Below, one piece after another: positions 19,600 through 27,856 of a stretch of 43,087 nucleotides of DNA. The translations under genes and the position numbers were made by a program. The notes under the pieces are model-generated. The model ran no database searches, was not told the origin of the DNA, and worked only from the letters and a program-made list of their open reading frames with translations. Position 1 is the stretch's first letter. Every line of letters starts with the position of its first letter. Location of the stretch: NCBI GenBank assembly GCA_964446365.1, contig CAYUOI010000001.1, forward strand, positions 1 to 43,087, written 5' to 3'. Origin of the DNA: an uncultured Candidatus Saccharibacteria bacterium. Lineage in GTDB: Bacteria; Patescibacteriota; Saccharimonadia; Saccharimonadales; CAYVSP01.

Positions 19600-22207
19600 A
19601 GTTAAAGAAAGTCTTGATAGCTTTTAGGTCGCGCTCTTTCCAGTCGGCCTGCCATTCAATCATTTCGGTACCCTGTTTAATGGACCGTTCCAGCGCTGGT
19701 GAAGTGTGGGCGTTAAAGAAATCTCTATATTCTTTCAGAAAAGCGCGGTCGCTAAACGAGCGGCCGGCGTAAATCGGCATGCGGTAAAAGCTAAGATCGG
19801 TGCCCAGGTTTATAGCTAGCCATTGCCAATTTTTGAGCAACCATTCCCAGGTAATTTTCTTGGCGTGTCGGTTCAAGAAACTATAAGCAATCCAGTAGGC
19901 AGTATCTTGTAAGCGCACATCATCGCTAGTAATCATCGCCAGGGCTTTTTTAGCCAGTGCCGGTTGTTTGAAGCCGGTAATGGCGGCGCTTAAGGTGGTT
20001 CTTTCTTCGCTTAAGGTGGCTGTATTATGCAGCCGGACTAATTTATTAAAAACTTTTTCATCGCCATGTCTTGCGACGGTGCCGAAAACAACACCTCGCA
20101 AATCAGGGTCAATATCTCGGCCGCGCAGCATGCTACTACGCGTAGGCGATTCGCGTAGGTCAGGCGCCAAATCCTCTGGCTCCCGGATAGTTTCGAATAG
20201 TTCGTGGCAGCGCTTAACAACAGCAGCTTCATCGGCACTGGCGGCCAGCCCCAGCACTATCGGTCGCATCAGGCTGTCAAAATGCGACTCTTTGGCTTTA
20301 CGCGCCCAGCCCAAGCGTTTCAGCTGCGGTTCAATTATGCGGCGGATATAGGGTTTCATAGCTTCACGCAAGTCTTCATCGTCCATTACCAGGCGGATTG
20401 AACCGATAAAGCTGGCCATAACATCCCACACCGCATAATTATCTTCTTGCCGGAATGCTTCCAGAAAATGTAGGGCCGTGAGCGTATCGACATAACCTGA
20501 CTTGGCAGCCTCAACCAGGTCGTTAAGTAGTCCCAGGCGGTCTAGTGGCGACAAATGGCCTTCTTTAACTTGCTCGGCTAATTTTTCAATATGGCCGGCA
20601 TTATAAACCGTGCGGTAAAAGCCGCCGTGATCGTGGTTAAGTAAGAAGCGCTGATTATCTTTTAGGGAAATAGATTTTTTAGCTGTGCTTAGCGTTTCGT
20701 TTACATCGCTTGACCCAGCTAATAGCGGCACCGGCCAGGTTTGGCTGCGGGCCAGATCTTTGCCGTTTTTGGCTCTGACAAAGAAACGCTGCTGTTCCAG
20801 CTGTACTTCGCCGCCGTTTACATCTGCCATTACTAGCGGAAAGCCGGCCTGAGACGTCCAGTCGTGCATAAAGCGCCGGACCGGCTGCTCGCTAGCTTCT
20901 TCCATGGCTTGCCATAGGTCAATAGTATCTGTATTGCCATATTCGTTTTGCTTTAGGTAATAACGCAACCCGGCCCGAAATGCTTCTGCGCCCAGATAAT
21001 TGTGTAGCATGTGAATAACACTAGCCCCCTTGCTGTAGCTGATGGCGTCAAAAATAGTGCGGATTTCATCAGGGTGATCGACGGTAACTTCTATCGGATG
21101 GGTATTTTCGAGAGCATCAAGCTTAAGAGCCTGCTGCTGCTCATCTACTATGAACTGCGTCCACATCTGCCAGTCCGGGAAAAGAGTATCAACCGCTAAA
21201 TATTCGATCCAGCTAGCGAAGCCTTCGTTTAGCCACAAGTCGGTCCACCATCGCATTGTCACCAGATTGCCGAACCATTGATGTGCCAGCTCGTGGGCAA
21301 CTACAAGAGCCACATATTGCTTGTTGGCCAAGGTTGAGTTTTTAGGATCAACAAGCAGCGTTTGTTCGCGGAACGTTATACAGCCCCAGTTTTCCATAGC
21401 ACCACTGGCAAAGTCCGGTAGAGCAATCAGGTCGCATTTGTCCAGCGGGTACTTTATGCCGAAATAATCGTTGAAAAAATCAAGACATTTAACAGCAACA
21501 TCCAGGGCAAAATCGGTGAACTGAACATTATCAGGCGTAGCATAAGCGCGTACCAATGTGCCGGCTTTTGTTTTTGCCTCTTCGTAGCCCATATCGCCAA
21601 TTACAAAAGCCAACAGGTAAGTACTCATCTTTGGCGTAGTCTCAAAAACTACATTTTGTCTTTTGCCCATTGATTCTTGTTTCTTAATCGGCGTATTAGA
21701 TAGAACTGTTTGTTCGTCGGCTGTAATAAGGCTTAGGTCAAAGGTTGCCTTGGCCTCCGGTTCGTCAATGCAGGGAAAAACCTCGCGGGCATGGTGGCTT
21801 TCAAACTGTGTAGCTATCAGTTTTTTATCTTTACCATCTTGTTCAAAAAAGCAGGGGTAAATACCGTTCATCTGGCGACTAATTTTGCCCTTAAAACGCA
21901 CATCAATAGTGTAGCGGCCGGGGTAAAGTAACTTAACGGTGTGTAATCGGACCTCTTCAAGTGAGCCATGATGGTTAATTCGCTCAACCTCAATATCTTG
22001 CTCGGCTTTTTTATCGTGAAAGACCAGCTTTGCTTCTACTATTTTTAGTCCGTGTTGGTGCAAAGTGATGCGCTGTGAAGGCCGTCCGACTTTACGGCCG
22101 CTGATGACTACGCTGCCTTCAAATTCCATGGCATCTGAATCAACATCCAGGTTCAGATGGTAGTGTTCCGGTACAAACTGCGTAAACAGCCTTACAACTT
22201 TCTTCAT
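19592..22207 (-). CDS. pepN: M1-family aminopeptidase N
   Basis: 871 aa with the GAMENWG exopeptidase motif and HELAHQWFGNLVT...WLNEGFA zinc site. A C-terminal ERAP1-like helical domain is present. Confidence 0.95.
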   Translation of the reverse strand: MKKVVRLFTQFVPEHYHLNLDVDSDAMEFEGSVVISGRKVGRPSQRITLHQHGLKIVEAKLVFHDKKAEQDIEVERINHHGSLEEVRLHTVKLLYPGRYTIDVRFKGKISRQMNGIYPCFFEQDGKDKKLIATQFESHHAREVFPCIDEPEAKATFDLSLITADEQTVLSNTPIKKQESMGKRQNVVFETTPKMSTYLLAFVIGDMGYEEAKTKAGTLVRAYATPDNVQFTDFALDVAVKCLDFFNDYFGIKYPLDKCDLIALPDFASGAMENWGCITFREQTLLVDPKNSTLANKQYVALVVAHELAHQWFGNLVTMRWWTDLWLNEGFASWIEYLAVDTLFPDWQMWTQFIVDEQQQALKLDALENTHPIEVTVDHPDEIRTIFDAISYSKGASVIHMLHNYLGAEAFRAGLRYYLKQNEYGNTDTIDLWQAMEEASEQPVRRFMHDWTSQAGFPLVMADVNGGEVQLEQQRFFVRAKNGKDLARSQTWPVPLLAGSSDVNETLSTAKKSISLKDNQRFLLNHDHGGFYRTVYNAGHIEKLAEQVKEGHLSPLDRLGLLNDLVEAAKSGYVDTLTALHFLEAFRQEDNYAVWDVMASFIGSIRLVMDDEDLREAMKPYIRRIIEPQLKRLGWARKAKESHFDSLMRPIVLGLAASADEAAVVKRCHELFETIREPEDLAPDLRESPTRSSMLRGRDIDPDLRGVVFGTVARHGDEKVFNKLVRLHNTATLSEERTTLSAAITGFKQPALAKKALAMITSDDVRLQDTAYWIAYSFLNRHAKKITWEWLLKNWQWLAINLGTDLSFYRMPIYAGRSFSDRAFLKEYRDFFNAHTSPALERSIKQGTEMIEWQADWKERDLKAIKTFFNSK

Positions 22208-22225
22208 TCCATATATCTTACCAGA

Positions 22226-22254
22226 TTGACTTTAGATAGTTCTGAGGGTATTCT
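22226..22254 (+). promoter_or_regulatory. candidate sigma-70-type promoter of nusA
   Basis: TTGACT (22226-22231), a 17-nt spacer, then TATTCT (22249-22254). It lies back-to-back with the pepN extended -10 at 22215-22223 (minus strand). Confidence 0.5.
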
Positions 22255-22266
22255 TATGGGGCATAG

Positions 22267-22290
22267 GTCGACCGGCAGGTCGGCTTTTTT
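22267..22290 (+). terminator. hairpin plus U-tract in the nusA 5' leader (candidate attenuator)
   Basis: A 7-bp stem, GTCGACC (22267-22273) with GGTCGGC (22278-22284), includes one G-U pair. The loop is GGCA, followed by T6 at 22285-22290. It lies downstream of the candidate promoter and about 55 nt upstream of the nusA GGAG Shine-Dalgarno. Confidence 0.55.
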
Positions 22291-22346
22291 GATACATTAG
22301 CCCATTAAATAATCTTTTAACACTTAAAAATGAAACGGAGTTAAAC

Positions 22347-23525
22347 ATGGACGATCTAGATGTAAAACAGCTGGCTTTGGCTGTACGAACCATAGCTGAA
22401 GAAAAAAATCTGCCCGAAGAAACAGTCCAAGAAGTTGTCGAACAGGCTTTAGCGGCTGCTTATCGGCGTGACTACGGTGAACGCGAGCAAGAGGTTCGAG
22501 TAAGCATGAACTTAAATACCGGCGACGTAACAGCATATGTAACTAAAGATATCGTGGATGAAGTCAGCGACCCTCACTTTGAAATAAGCGTTAAAGACGC
22601 TGGCGTAATGCAAAAAAACGCTAAAGTCGGCGAAACAATTGAGGTAACCGAAAAGGTCGAAAACTTCGGCCGCGTGGCCGCCCAAACTGCCAAGCAGGTT
22701 ATTTTACAGCGTCTGCGTGAAGCTGAACGTGAAATTATTATGAACGAGTATGAAGATAAAATCGGTACTGTTATTAACGGTATTGTGGCCCGTGTCGAGG
22801 GCAGGCTTGTGCGGGTTGATTTAGGCAAAGCCCAAGGCATTATGCCAATGAGTGAGCAAATTCAAGGCGAACGATACTATCCCGGCCAGCGCTTAAAAGT
22901 CTTTCTTAAAGACGTAGAGCGCGGCTTCCGTGGTCCTCAGCTGGTTGTCTCGCGTGGCAGCACGGAATTTGTCGACTGGCTGTTCCGCGGCGAAGTTCCG
23001 GAAATGGAAAATGGCGCTGTAGAGATTAAAGACATTGCCCGCGAAGCCGGTGTACGTACCAAGCTGGCTGTTAGTAGCACCGTTCAGGGTGTTGACCCGG
23101 TTGGCACATTCGTCGGTGGCCATGGTACCCGTGTGAATGCCGTTATGGGTGAAATCGGCGAACAGGAAAAAATTGATATCGTCGTTTGGGACGAAAACCC
23201 GATATCCTACATTACAAACGCCCTTAGCCCGACAAAAGTAACCGAAGTTAAATTAGATGAAAAGAACAAAAAGGCGACCGTAGTGGTCCCCGAAGATCAG
23301 TTGAGTATAGCTATTGGTAAAAATGGGCAAAACGTCCGGCTTGCCAGCAAGCTGACCGGCTACGATCTTGATATCACGTCTGAAGCCGCTGCTAAACCGG
23401 CTGAAGCGCCAAAATCCGCCGAAACCTCTAAACCGAAGGTACCGAAGCTAAAGAAAAAAGAACAGCTGGAGTCTTCTTTGCTCGAAGCTATTGAAGAACA
23501 CGGCACCGACGACAAAGCCGCCTAG
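22347..23525 (+). CDS. nusA: transcription termination/antitermination factor NusA
   Basis: 392 aa with an N-terminal domain, an S1 domain (GTVINGIVARVEGRLVRVDLGKAQGIMP) and two KH domains (AIGKNGQNVRLASKLTGYDLDI). It has a Lys/Ala/Pro/Glu-rich tail. Confidence 0.95.
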   Translation: MDDLDVKQLALAVRTIAEEKNLPEETVQEVVEQALAAAYRRDYGEREQEVRVSMNLNTGDVTAYVTKDIVDEVSDPHFEISVKDAGVMQKNAKVGETIEVTEKVENFGRVAAQTAKQVILQRLREAEREIIMNEYEDKIGTVINGIVARVEGRLVRVDLGKAQGIMPMSEQIQGERYYPGQRLKVFLKDVERGFRGPQLVVSRGSTEFVDWLFRGEVPEMENGAVEIKDIAREAGVRTKLAVSSTVQGVDPVGTFVGGHGTRVNAVMGEIGEQEKIDIVVWDENPISYITNALSPTKVTEVKLDEKNKKATVVVPEDQLSIAIGKNGQNVRLASKLTGYDLDITSEAAAKPAEAPKSAETSKPKVPKLKKKEQLESSLLEAIEEHGTDDKAA

Positions 23526-23558
23526 ACAAGAGCTCCGGGCTATGAGATAACAAAGACA

Positions 23559-24257
23559 ATGGCTGAGACAGACTATCGTTTTGTGCAAGGTGCATTGTTC
23601 CCCGGCGACGAGGGACTCTCGGCTATAAGAATTGATCGACAACCGTTAAGTGATGCTCAACATGAGGAGTTCATAGCTCACGTGCTGGGTGCCGTTGCTA
23701 CGGATGAGGAAGCCATAGAAGCCTATGAAGCTTATAGATTAATTCAAAATTTTGTAGAATCTTCTCATATTCGTGCAGGGGACTTGAAAACTTTTGCAGC
23801 CGTGTATCTTTCTGGGTCAGACGCCGGCGATATTTACAACCAAGGACTCATAGTGGCGGCAGTTGAGGGTGGTCATGCGCCAGGGGAAATACTAAAACAA
23901 CTTAGGGCCAGTTATGCGTATGAGTTTGGCGACCAGTCTATTGTTGATAAAGATGGCCTGTCAATAGACATTAAGCGTGATGGCGAGTTTACTTTGGCCG
24001 AAATAGACGACTTAAAAGTGTGTAGCGGAGCGGACAGTCCAGAAGTTCAAACTGCTACTGAATTACGACTAGGCACTGCTGCTTGGCAATACGAACTTAT
24101 AGTCGACGGCAAAGACGTCTACTTTAAAACTGATCGTATTCATACAAGCCTAGGTTGGATTAGTCCGGACCGTACCTATGAGCCTGTTGTTACTGTTTTA
24201 TCAGAAGAGCATCCTGCTAGGCAGTCGGCCGCGGCAGAAAGCATACAGGTTAACTAA
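23559..24257 (+). CDS. acidic hypothetical protein (orphan)
   Basis: 232-aa ORF with no recognisable motif. By eye, its codon usage is richer in ATA, AGA, AGG, GGA and CTA than its neighbours. Confidence 0.55.
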   Translation: MAETDYRFVQGALFPGDEGLSAIRIDRQPLSDAQHEEFIAHVLGAVATDEEAIEAYEAYRLIQNFVESSHIRAGDLKTFAAVYLSGSDAGDIYNQGLIVAAVEGGHAPGEILKQLRASYAYEFGDQSIVDKDGLSIDIKRDGEFTLAEIDDLKVCSGADSPEVQTATELRLGTAAWQYELIVDGKDVYFKTDRIHTSLGWISPDRTYEPVVTVLSEEHPARQSAAAESIQVN

Positions 24258-24291
24258 ATCTACACAGATTATTATGAGTAACATCTGAACA

Positions 24292-24328
24292 TTGGCACTC
24301 TTGCATGATGAGTGCTAATTGCTATAAT
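24292..24328 (+). promoter_or_regulatory. CIRCE-like inverted repeat overlapping the clpC promoter
   Basis: TTGGCACTC (24292-24300), N9, GAGTGCTAA (24310-24318) has one mismatch to the CIRCE consensus TTAGCACTC-N9-GAGTGCTAA. The -35 TTGCAT (24301-24306) lies inside the spacer, followed by an extended -10, TGCTATAAT (24320-24328). Confidence 0.8.
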
Positions 24329-24377
24329 AGAAATAGCGATTTACTAAAACGTCGCTGAAAGAGGGTTTAGATAATCT

Positions 24378-26861
24378 ATGATGCCAAATAGTCCTGACTT
24401 TCAGGAATTTTTGAATCACTTAACAGACAACGCTCTAGCGAGTCTCAAGCACGCCGATGCCATTGCCCGCAGCTTTGGCAGTGCCTATATTGGCACCGAG
24501 CACTTGCTGCTTGGCGTGCTGGCGCAGGATTCCAGCATGGGCGCCAAAATACTGGCTAACCACGGTGTAACTTTGGACCGGGCCCGACTGGCTTTAAACT
24601 TAACTCCTAAAACCCTAGTTATCAATCTTGGAGCAAAAGGGCTGAGCGAAACCGCCAAACTAACCTTAAAAATGGCTTACGACGTCGCCCAGGACTTCAA
24701 CCAGGAGTTTTGCGGAACAGAGCACATTTTATACAGCATTATGACTCAGAAAAACGCCCGCGCTACTACATTGTTGCGTGATATGAACATTAACGTAGAC
24801 AATATGGTCGGCGAGCTTGAACAATTCCTTAACCGCCAGCAATACGAAGAAAACGGCGAAAGCGCCACCGCCGCCCGCGGCCGCTCAAATAAGAAGCAGC
24901 GTAAAACGGCCCTAGATTTCTTTGGCACCGACCTTACGGCAATGGCCCGGCAGAACAAGCTGGACCCAGTAGTTGGCCGCGAGCCCCAAATCCGCCGCCT
25001 TATAACCATACTGAATCGACGCACTAAAAATAATCCGGTACTTATTGGTGAGCCCGGTGTTGGTAAGACGGCAATCGTAGAGGGACTAGCACAACGAATA
25101 ATGGCCGAAGACGTGCCCGACAGTCTGCTCGATAAGCGCATAGTCATGCTTGATCTGGCCGGCATGATTGCCGGCACTAAATACCGCGGTGAGTTTGAGG
25201 AACGTCTCAAAAAAGTTATGACCGAGTTGGAAAACGATAAAAAAACAATAGTCTTTATTGACGAGCTGCACCTAATTGTTGGTGCCGGCGCCGCTGAAGG
25301 CGCAATGGACGCCGGAAATATCCTTAAGCCGGCTCTGGCCCGCGGTAAAATCCAGGTCATCGGCGCTACCACTACAGCCGAGTACACCAAACATATCGAG
25401 AAAGACGCCGCCTTAGAACGGCGCTTTCAGCCCATTCAAGTGCCGGAAACAAATGTTAGCGAAACGCTGGCTATACTTAAAGGCTTGCGCAAACACTACG
25501 AGGCTTTCCATAACGTTAAAGTTAGCGACGAAGTCCTGGACGATACCGTAATGCTGGCTAAGCGCTACGTTAACGACCGTTATATGCCCGATAAAGCCAT
25601 TGATTTACTCGATGAAACTGCCGCCTATCTACGCGTTGATAAAGGCAAAACTTCCCCGGAAGTCCGTAAGTTGCAAAAAGAGCTTAAACTGGCCAACACA
25701 CGCCGCGAAGATGCCGCCGAGGCAGAAGATTACGAGAAAGCCGCTTTGGAAAAACAGCGTGCCAGCCAGATCAGCGAAGAACTGAAAAAGCAGCAGGCCG
25801 CCGGTAAAACTGCGAACCGTTTGACCATGACCAGCGACGATGTCGCTGAGGTTGTCGCCCGGATGACTGGCGTACCAGTTAAAAAAGTGATTCGTAGCGA
25901 AGCTAAGTATCTACTGAATCTTGAAAAGCAGCTTGGCAAATACGTCATTGGCCAGGATGAGGCCGTCGCCGCTGTCTCTAAAGCCGTCCGCCGTAACCGT
26001 ACGGGTATAAGCGAGGGCAAGCGTCCAATTGGTTCGTTTATTTTCTTGGGACCAACCGGTGTTGGCAAAACCGAGCTGGCTCGTATTTTAGCCCGCGAGT
26101 TCTTTGGCTCATCAGAAGCGCTAGTAAAAATAGATATGAGTGAATTCGGCGAACAACACACGGTTGCTCGTTTAGTGGGGGCGCCTGCCGGCTACGTCGG
26201 ATACGACGACGGCGGCCAATTGACTGATAAAATCCGCCGCCAGCCCTACAGCCTTGTGCTGTTCGATGAAATCGAAAAAGCCCATCCGGAAGTTTTCAAT
26301 ATGCTGCTCCAGATACTAGAAGACGGCGTATTAACTGACGCCAAAGGCCGCAAGATTGATTTCACTAACACCATAGTCATCATGACCAGTAACATTGGCG
26401 CTGAAAAACTACAAAAAGAGGCATCGCTTGGTTTCCATGCTACAGCCGCCAGTGACCTAAAGGATTTGGCCAGCCTACATGAAGCCAATAAGGATAAGGT
26501 GCTGGAGCAACTGAAGAAGACTATGCGGCCCGAGCTCCTCAACCGTATAGATAAAATCATAGTTTTCCGGGCACTCACCAAAAAAGATGTGCTAAAAATT
26601 CTTGATTTGCAAATTGAAGAACTAAAACAGCGGCTGGTTAAGCACGGACTAGGGCTTGAAGTATCAAACGCCGCCCGACAGCATTTGCTTGAGAATGGTT
26701 ACGATGCCCACAATGGCGTCCGGCCTATGCGTCGATTGCTGCAAGACACTATTGAGGATCACATTGCGCTGGAACTGCTCGACAATCATTACGGTAAAGG
26801 CGATATTGTCGAAGTCGGCACCCGCGATAAGGAACTTGTCTACAACTCCGCTTCGGAATAG
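24378..26861 (+). CDS. clpC: ATP-dependent Clp protease ATP-binding subunit ClpC (class I AAA+)
   Basis: 827 aa with Clp_N repeats and two AAA+ modules (GEPGVGKTA and GPTGVGKTE). A UVR-like linker (EDYEKAALEKQRA) is present. Confidence 0.95.
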   Translation: MMPNSPDFQEFLNHLTDNALASLKHADAIARSFGSAYIGTEHLLLGVLAQDSSMGAKILANHGVTLDRARLALNLTPKTLVINLGAKGLSETAKLTLKMAYDVAQDFNQEFCGTEHILYSIMTQKNARATTLLRDMNINVDNMVGELEQFLNRQQYEENGESATAARGRSNKKQRKTALDFFGTDLTAMARQNKLDPVVGREPQIRRLITILNRRTKNNPVLIGEPGVGKTAIVEGLAQRIMAEDVPDSLLDKRIVMLDLAGMIAGTKYRGEFEERLKKVMTELENDKKTIVFIDELHLIVGAGAAEGAMDAGNILKPALARGKIQVIGATTTAEYTKHIEKDAALERRFQPIQVPETNVSETLAILKGLRKHYEAFHNVKVSDEVLDDTVMLAKRYVNDRYMPDKAIDLLDETAAYLRVDKGKTSPEVRKLQKELKLANTRREDAAEAEDYEKAALEKQRASQISEELKKQQAAGKTANRLTMTSDDVAEVVARMTGVPVKKVIRSEAKYLLNLEKQLGKYVIGQDEAVAAVSKAVRRNRTGISEGKRPIGSFIFLGPTGVGKTELARILAREFFGSSEALVKIDMSEFGEQHTVARLVGAPAGYVGYDDGGQLTDKIRRQPYSLVLFDEIEKAHPEVFNMLLQILEDGVLTDAKGRKIDFTNTIVIMTSNIGAEKLQKEASLGFHATAASDLKDLASLHEANKDKVLEQLKKTMRPELLNRIDKIIVFRALTKKDVLKILDLQIEELKQRLVKHGLGLEVSNAARQHLLENGYDAHNGVRPMRRLLQDTIEDHIALELLDNHYGKGDIVEVGTRDKELVYNSASE

Positions 26862-26897
26862 CCTAAAACGCTTACCGCTTACTGTATAATCTCAGGA

Positions 26898-27839
26898 GTG
26901 AAAACAAGCTTTCGGCGTGTTGCCAGTCTGGTCCTGACGCTAGGGTTGATAGCGGCTGCTTTTTTAGCCGTAATCGAAAGGCAGGCGGTCTATGACTGGT
27001 TGCGGCTACGTAATTATTCACCACCGCAAGCTATAGTCCAGTTGGCTACAGACGCTACTTTTACGCCTGATGCCCGGCACATTTTTTATGTCTACCATCC
27101 GGAGCTAGATGATCGCGGCACATTTAATAGCCATTGTAGTAGTAAGGGCGAACAGACTATAGTTTTGGGCTGTTACATTTCGCCTACCGGCATATATGTT
27201 TACGATGTCAGCGACGCCCGTCTAAGCGGCGTTAAACAGGTAACCGCGGCCCACGAAATGCTGCATGCCGCTTACGACCGCTTAAGTTCAAAAGATAAAG
27301 CTCATATTGATGATCTAATTAATCAGGCTTATGCAGGGGTGACTGACGAACGCATTCGAAAAAACATAGATAGTTACCGTAAAGATGGCGCTGATGTAAC
27401 TAACGAACTTCACTCTATTTTGGGCACTGAAGTGCCGTCTTTGCCGGCTGAGTTAGAGCAGTATTACCAGCGCTATTTTACTAACCGTGCCCAGGTTGTG
27501 GCCGACTCTCAAAAATATGAGGGCGTTTTTACGTCATTGCAGAATCAGGCGGAATCTATTGCTCAGCAATTAACTGCTCTGAAAACGCAAATAGACAATC
27601 TGGAGCAACAATTAAGCCAGCAGCAATCCAGTCTCGAAAATGATCGTCCTGCAATTCAGACTCAAGCTCAAGCTGATGCATTTAACGCCCGGGTTCGCAG
27701 CTTCAATAACCAAGTAGCCCTGGTTAACAAACTGGTAAGTGAGTACAACAATTTACGTGATCAGTACAACCAGCTAGCCGTCCAGCAACAACAGCTTTTC
27801 AAGGCACTGGATAGCCGGCCGGCTACCCAAACCCAGTAA
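26898..27839 (+). CDS. membrane-anchored HExxH protein with a Gln-rich coiled-coil tail (putative metallopeptidase)
   Basis: 313 aa with a GTG start and an N-terminal TM helix (VASLVLTLGLIAAAFLAVI). It has the motif AAHEMLHAAY, and its C-terminal ~110 aa are Q/L/N-rich heptad-like sequence. Confidence 0.65.
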   Translation: MKTSFRRVASLVLTLGLIAAAFLAVIERQAVYDWLRLRNYSPPQAIVQLATDATFTPDARHIFYVYHPELDDRGTFNSHCSSKGEQTIVLGCYISPTGIYVYDVSDARLSGVKQVTAAHEMLHAAYDRLSSKDKAHIDDLINQAYAGVTDERIRKNIDSYRKDGADVTNELHSILGTEVPSLPAELEQYYQRYFTNRAQVVADSQKYEGVFTSLQNQAESIAQQLTALKTQIDNLEQQLSQQQSSLENDRPAIQTQAQADAFNARVRSFNNQVALVNKLVSEYNNLRDQYNQLAVQQQQLFKALDSRPATQTQ

Positions 27840-27856
27840 TTTGCTAAACTACTGAC

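Noticed and set aside
22256-22300. A 14-codon ORF (MGHRSTGRSAFLIH) spanning the nusA leader hairpin as a leader peptide.
   Set aside because: Its ATG begins 1 nt after the candidate -10 hexamer, so it would lie upstream of the TSS. It has no SD.
24746-25390. A 214-aa ORF antisense to clpC. Similar long antisense ORFs lie at 25730-26161, 26246-26581, 16918-17556, 29636-30190, 12065-12538 and 38554-38958.
   Set aside because: Each lies entirely inside a strongly conserved gene on the other strand. Each has low-complexity Ser/Arg/Ala/Pro-rich composition typical of shadow frames. None has a promoter or SD.
26892-26896. AGGAG as a Shine-Dalgarno for the GTG start at 26898.
   Set aside because: The spacing is only 1 nt, which is too short. 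The TATAAT box 7 nt upstream fits the leaderless pattern better.
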